Shown piece after piece: positions 60,393 to 64,000 of a stretch of 64,000 nucleotides of DNA (position 1 is its first letter; each line of letters starts with the position of its first letter). The position numbers were made by a program, and so were the translations under genes. Below the pieces are notes generated by a model. That model was not told the origin of the DNA, searched no databases, and saw nothing but the letters and a program-made list of their open reading frames with translations. The DNA is from Spirochaetia bacterium (lineage in GTDB: Bacteria > Spirochaetota > Spirochaetia > UBA9216): positions 768,001 through 832,000 of the forward strand of contig OY776510.1 in the NCBI GenBank assembly GCA_963675665.1, given 5' to 3'.

Positions 60393-62168
60393 TTAATCTT
60401 CTTCGATGACCGACAGCTCAAGACCCAGCTCTTCAAGCTGTTCGTCCGAAACAGTTCCCGGCGCTTCCGACATCAGGCATGTGGCTTTCTGAGTTTTCGG
60501 AAAAGCGATAACGTCGCGGATTGAATCTGTTCCCAGAAACAGCATCATTATCCTGTCCAGACCGAGGGCAAGTCCCGCATGCGGCGGCGCGCCGAACTTG
60601 AGAGCATCCAGCAGAAAACCGAATTTTTCCTTTGCGTCCTCGTCGCCGATTCCGAGCAGACTGAAAATCTTCTGCTGCATTTCCCCGTCGTGGATTCTCA
60701 CCGATCCTCCGCCGATCTCGTTTCCGTTGAGAACAAGGTCGTAGGCGTTGGTTTTAACAGCAAAAACATCAGTATCAAGAAGGTGTTCGTCTTCAGGCCG
60801 CGGGGCAGTAAACGGGTGGTGTACCGAGGTGGGATTTCCTTCATCGTCTTTTTCAAACAGCGGAAAATCTATAACCCAGCTGTAGTTCAGTTCTTTTTCA
60901 TCAATAAGACCGAGTTTTTTACCCATCAGATCGCGCAGCGCCGCAAGGCTCTGGCAGACAACCTTTTCCTGGTCCGCAAGAAAAATCAGAACGTCGCCTG
61001 TTTCAGCGCCTGTTTTTTCAAAAAGAGCCGTTTTTTCCTCTTCGCTGAAAAACTTGACAATCGGAGACTGCGGTCCGTCTGCATTCATCTTAATCCATGC
61101 AACACCCTTGGCACGGTAGTTCTTTACATAGGGAGTCATATCGTCCAGGTCTTTTCTGCTTAGTTTATCCGCCGCGCCTTTAAGGTTAATTGATCTGACA
61201 AATCCTCCGGCGGCAATGGCGTTTTTAAATACTCCGAAACCGGAATCCTTAAATACATCCGAACATTCTATAATTTCAAGATCGAATCTCAAATCCGGCG
61301 CGTCGCAGCCGTATTTCAGCATGGCTTCGTCATATGTGATCCGCGGAAGCGGAAGCTTGAGGTCCCTGTCGAACAGGTCTTTCATCAGGCTTTTGAAAAG
61401 CCCTTCGAGCATTCCCATAATATCATCTCGGTTGACGAACGACAGTTCAAGGTCAACCTGGGTAAACTCGGGCTGCCTGTCGGCACGCAGGTCTTCATCG
61501 CGGAAACAGCGGGCAATCTGAAAATATCGGTCGAACCCCGCAACCATCAGGATCTGTTTAAACTGCTGAGGAGACTGCGGCAGCGCATAAAAACTTCCCG
61601 GGTTGACCCGGCTCGGAACCAGGTAGTCGCGTGCCCCTTCGGGGGTTGATTTTGTGAGAATGGGCGTTTCAACCTCGACAAATTCATTATCAAGAAAATA
61701 GTTTCTGATCATCCCGGTGACTTTGCTTCTGAAAATCATGTTCTGTTGGAGTCTTTTTCCCCGCAGATCCAGGTAACGGTGCACGAGTCTTGTTTCGGCA
61801 TTAACTTCTTCAGAATGCTGGATATCAAACGGCGGGGTTGCCGATTTATTAAGAAGCTCGAAGCTTTTTACGTACACTTCGATTTCGCCGGTATCCATGT
61901 TCGGATTCGCCATACCTTCCGGACGGGGTCTGACCTCTCCTTCAATAGCAATAACAAACTGGCTGCGAAGCGTATGGGCAACAGCATGCGCATCGGGCGC
62001 AACCTGCGGATCAAAAACAATCTGGGTAAGGCCCCACCTGTCGTAAAGATCAATGAAGGCAACTCCGCCGTGATCGCGGTAATTCTCTACCCATCCGCTC
62101 AGGATAACATCATTACCCTGATTCTTTATTCTTAACTCACCGCAATTATGCGTTCTTTTAAGTTTCAT
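60393..62168 (-). CDS. aspS: Aspartate--tRNA ligase, likely non-discriminating
   Basis: RTH.CG, RDHGG, STPEGARDY, FRDEDLRADRQPEF, HHPFT, GLDR. Confidence 0.96.
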   Translation of the reverse strand: MKLKRTHNCGELRIKNQGNDVILSGWVENYRDHGGVAFIDLYDRWGLTQIVFDPQVAPDAHAVAHTLRSQFVIAIEGEVRPRPEGMANPNMDTGEIEVYVKSFELLNKSATPPFDIQHSEEVNAETRLVHRYLDLRGKRLQQNMIFRSKVTGMIRNYFLDNEFVEVETPILTKSTPEGARDYLVPSRVNPGSFYALPQSPQQFKQILMVAGFDRYFQIARCFRDEDLRADRQPEFTQVDLELSFVNRDDIMGMLEGLFKSLMKDLFDRDLKLPLPRITYDEAMLKYGCDAPDLRFDLEIIECSDVFKDSGFGVFKNAIAAGGFVRSINLKGAADKLSRKDLDDMTPYVKNYRAKGVAWIKMNADGPQSPIVKFFSEEEKTALFEKTGAETGDVLIFLADQEKVVCQSLAALRDLMGKKLGLIDEKELNYSWVIDFPLFEKDDEGNPTSVHHPFTAPRPEDEHLLDTDVFAVKTNAYDLVLNGNEIGGGSVRIHDGEMQQKIFSLLGIGDEDAKEKFGFLLDALKFGAPPHAGLALGLDRIMMLFLGTDSIRDVIAFPKTQKATCLMSEAPGTVSDEQLEELGLELSVIEED

Positions 62169-62287
62169 TATATATCCTTATAAACAAAACCACAGAAAAG
62201 TTATACGCGGTTTTGCTTTTTGAGTTTTTCTTTCAGTAAATCCTGATAAATGAAGTTTATTCTACAAAAAAACTCCATAGATGTAAA

Positions 62288-63724
62288 TCAGCTTAATAAC
62301 TTGCTGATTAAAGCCTGTACAGACTGCGGATCCGCAGTACCCCTGGTTGCCGCCATTACCTTGCCCACAATAAATCCCCGCGGTTTCTGATCTCCGCCTT
62401 TTATCTGTTCAACTGCTTTGGGGTTTTCTTCCAGTATCTGCTGTATTATTTTCTCCAGATCGCCGTCGTCGGCGGTGTTTTCCCAGCCTTTTTCGCTGAC
62501 TATTTTATCCGGGTCCCTGTCTTCATCAAAAACCGCCTGAAGAGTCTGAGCGGCTATCTTGCCGTGTATTTTATTATCCGCAAGCATTGCAAGCAGTTTT
62601 GTCAGCCTTCCGGCCGAGAGCATGCATTGTTCGCTGCCGAGATCGGCTTTCGACATATTCCGGCTGTTCAGTTCTTTTGCTACATTGCCCATAATCCATT
62701 TTGCGGCGGTTTTGGCGTCGGCTCCCATTCCGACAACCTGCTCAAAATAATCGGCTGCTGATTTTTCCTCTGCTATATAATCAGCCTGATCAGCTGTAAG
62801 TGAATATTCATCAGCAAACCTCTGTTTTCGTGCCAGTGGAAGTTCTACCTGCGCCTCTTCTATCATTTTAAAGAAATTTTCGTCCGGTCTGAACGGAGGA
62901 AGATCCGGTTCGGGAAAATACCGGTAATCATGGGCCTGTTCTTTAGTCCGCATGCTTTCCGTTACCGACCGGGCTTCGTCCCATAGGCGGGTTTCCTGGA
63001 TGATTGTCCCGCCGCTTTTAAGAACTTTTTCCTGGCGTTTCCGTTCATACTGGAGAGCCTTCCTGACAAAACGCGACGAGTTCAGGTTTTTTATCTCCAC
63101 CTTGCGTCCGAGCCCCTTTCCCGGTTCATTTATCGAGATGTTCGCATCGCAGCGCATGGACCCTTCTTCCATATTTCCGTCGCATACGCCCAGGTGCCTG
63201 ACGGCCCTCCTGAAGGCCTGAAGGAAGTCTTCCGCCTCCTGCGGCTCTTTGAATTCCGGTTCGGTTACTATTTCGAGAAGACATGTTCCGGCCCGGTTAT
63301 AATCGCAGAAGGAGCGTCCTCCCTGGTGAATCATCTTTCCGGCGTCTTCTTCAAGATGTATTTCATGAAATTTGATTCTTTTGATTTCATCTCCGCTTTC
63401 ATATTCGAAGAACCCGTTGCGCCCGAACGGTTTTTCAAACTGGGATATCTGATAATTCTTGGTCAAATCAGGATAGAAATAATTCTTGCGCTCGAACATT
63501 CCTTCTTTGGCCAGATCGCAGTTCATCGCCCTGCAGACAATATACGAAAGCCTGACTGCATGTTCATTCAGAGCGGGAAGCACGCCGGGGTACCCGAGGC
63601 AGACCGGACAGACGTTACTGTTGGGTTTGTCGCCGAATTTCGACCTGCATCCGCAGAAGATTTTGGTTTCTGTAAGCAGCTGAATATGTATTTCAAGCCC
63701 GATAAAGGTATCGTAAGCAGCCAT
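62288..63724 (-). CDS. gatB: Asp/Glu-tRNA amidotransferase subunit B
   Basis: IGLEIH, RKNYFYPD, HLEEDAGK, RCDAN, VEIKN, DYRYFPEPD; ATG 63724 coupled to gatA stop. Confidence 0.96.
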   Translation of the reverse strand: MAAYDTFIGLEIHIQLLTETKIFCGCRSKFGDKPNSNVCPVCLGYPGVLPALNEHAVRLSYIVCRAMNCDLAKEGMFERKNYFYPDLTKNYQISQFEKPFGRNGFFEYESGDEIKRIKFHEIHLEEDAGKMIHQGGRSFCDYNRAGTCLLEIVTEPEFKEPQEAEDFLQAFRRAVRHLGVCDGNMEEGSMRCDANISINEPGKGLGRKVEIKNLNSSRFVRKALQYERKRQEKVLKSGGTIIQETRLWDEARSVTESMRTKEQAHDYRYFPEPDLPPFRPDENFFKMIEEAQVELPLARKQRFADEYSLTADQADYIAEEKSAADYFEQVVGMGADAKTAAKWIMGNVAKELNSRNMSKADLGSEQCMLSAGRLTKLLAMLADNKIHGKIAAQTLQAVFDEDRDPDKIVSEKGWENTADDGDLEKIIQQILEENPKAVEQIKGGDQKPRGFIVGKVMAATRGTADPQSVQALISKLLS

Positions 63725-64000
63725 TATTTCACCTCCCTTTTCCGCGGGCAAACCGCAGGCGGAAGATCTTCGGCCAGCTTTTCGGCGGCCCTGAAGATTC
63801 TTTCCTCGGCAAAAACCGGCCCCATAAGCTGCATACCCACCGGCAGACCGTTTTCAACCGATACGGGCACGGACATTGCCGGCATCCCGGACAGGTTTGC
63901 GGCAACGGTAAATTTGTCTGCAAGTTTCTGTTGAAACTGGGTCAGGCTCCGGTCGCCGTGTTTGAATGCTGCAGTCGGAAATGCCGGAAGCATAATCAGA
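63724..64000 (-). CDS. gatA: Asp/Glu-tRNA amidotransferase subunit A, C-terminal part
   Basis: P..PT.AF, D.FTV.ANL.G.PA.SVP, GLPVG.QL; upstream of gatB. Confidence 0.9.
   Translation of the reverse strand, partial: LIMLPAFPTAAFKHGDRSLTQFQQKLADKFTVAANLSGMPAMSVPVSVENGLPVGMQLMGPVFAEERIFRAAEKLAEDLPPAVCPRKREVK

Noticed and set aside
789-63934. Many plus-strand ORFs antisense to real genes (e.g. 54059-54880, 60579-61163, 63194-63934, 2847-3242)
   Set aside because: They shadow well-supported minus-strand genes and have no recognisable motifs
1-64000. CRISPR array, tRNA or rRNA genes
   Set aside because: No regularly spaced repeats or recognisable tRNA/rRNA sequence found by eye

Overview
Bacterial chromosomal window with almost all genes on the minus strand. 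The host is probably a free-living spirochaete, inferred only from lipoprotein signal style and gene content. From left to right: (1) 1-6.7 kb, an operon encoding a VTC/polyphosphate-polymerase domain, DUF4956, a lamin-tail lipoprotein, an OprO/P-like porin, a beta-helix lipoprotein and a CotH kinase, converging on a second, partial CotH gene. (2) 7.4-47.5 kb, an AT-rich surface-glycan locus. It has two Wzi-like OM proteins, rmlA/B, fnlABC, a 2-deoxy-4-acetamido sugar module with an ArnC/ArnEF/GT-C-like transfer set, a CDP-6-deoxyhexose module, a Wzy-like protein plus ABC flippase, and a mosaic pseudaminic-acid cluster. That cluster has two pseF genes, no pseG, several gene relics and an ATP-grasp/KamA radical-SAM fusion. 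(3) 48-53.7 kb: phoA, metF, two toxin-antitoxin pairs linked by a direct repeat of the 3' end of a MarR-type regulator, a Uma2 nuclease and a frameshifted GxxExxY gene. (4) cysNDC, a PfkB kinase, a complete class IIC group II intron inserted behind the aspS terminator, aspS, gatB and partial gatA. The best candidates for new biology are the VTC-DUF4956-porin-CotH system, the ATP-grasp/aminomutase fusion with an altered substrate pocket, and the antibiotic-type deoxysugar envelope-modification cassette. All calls come from motif recognition by eye; no database searches were run.
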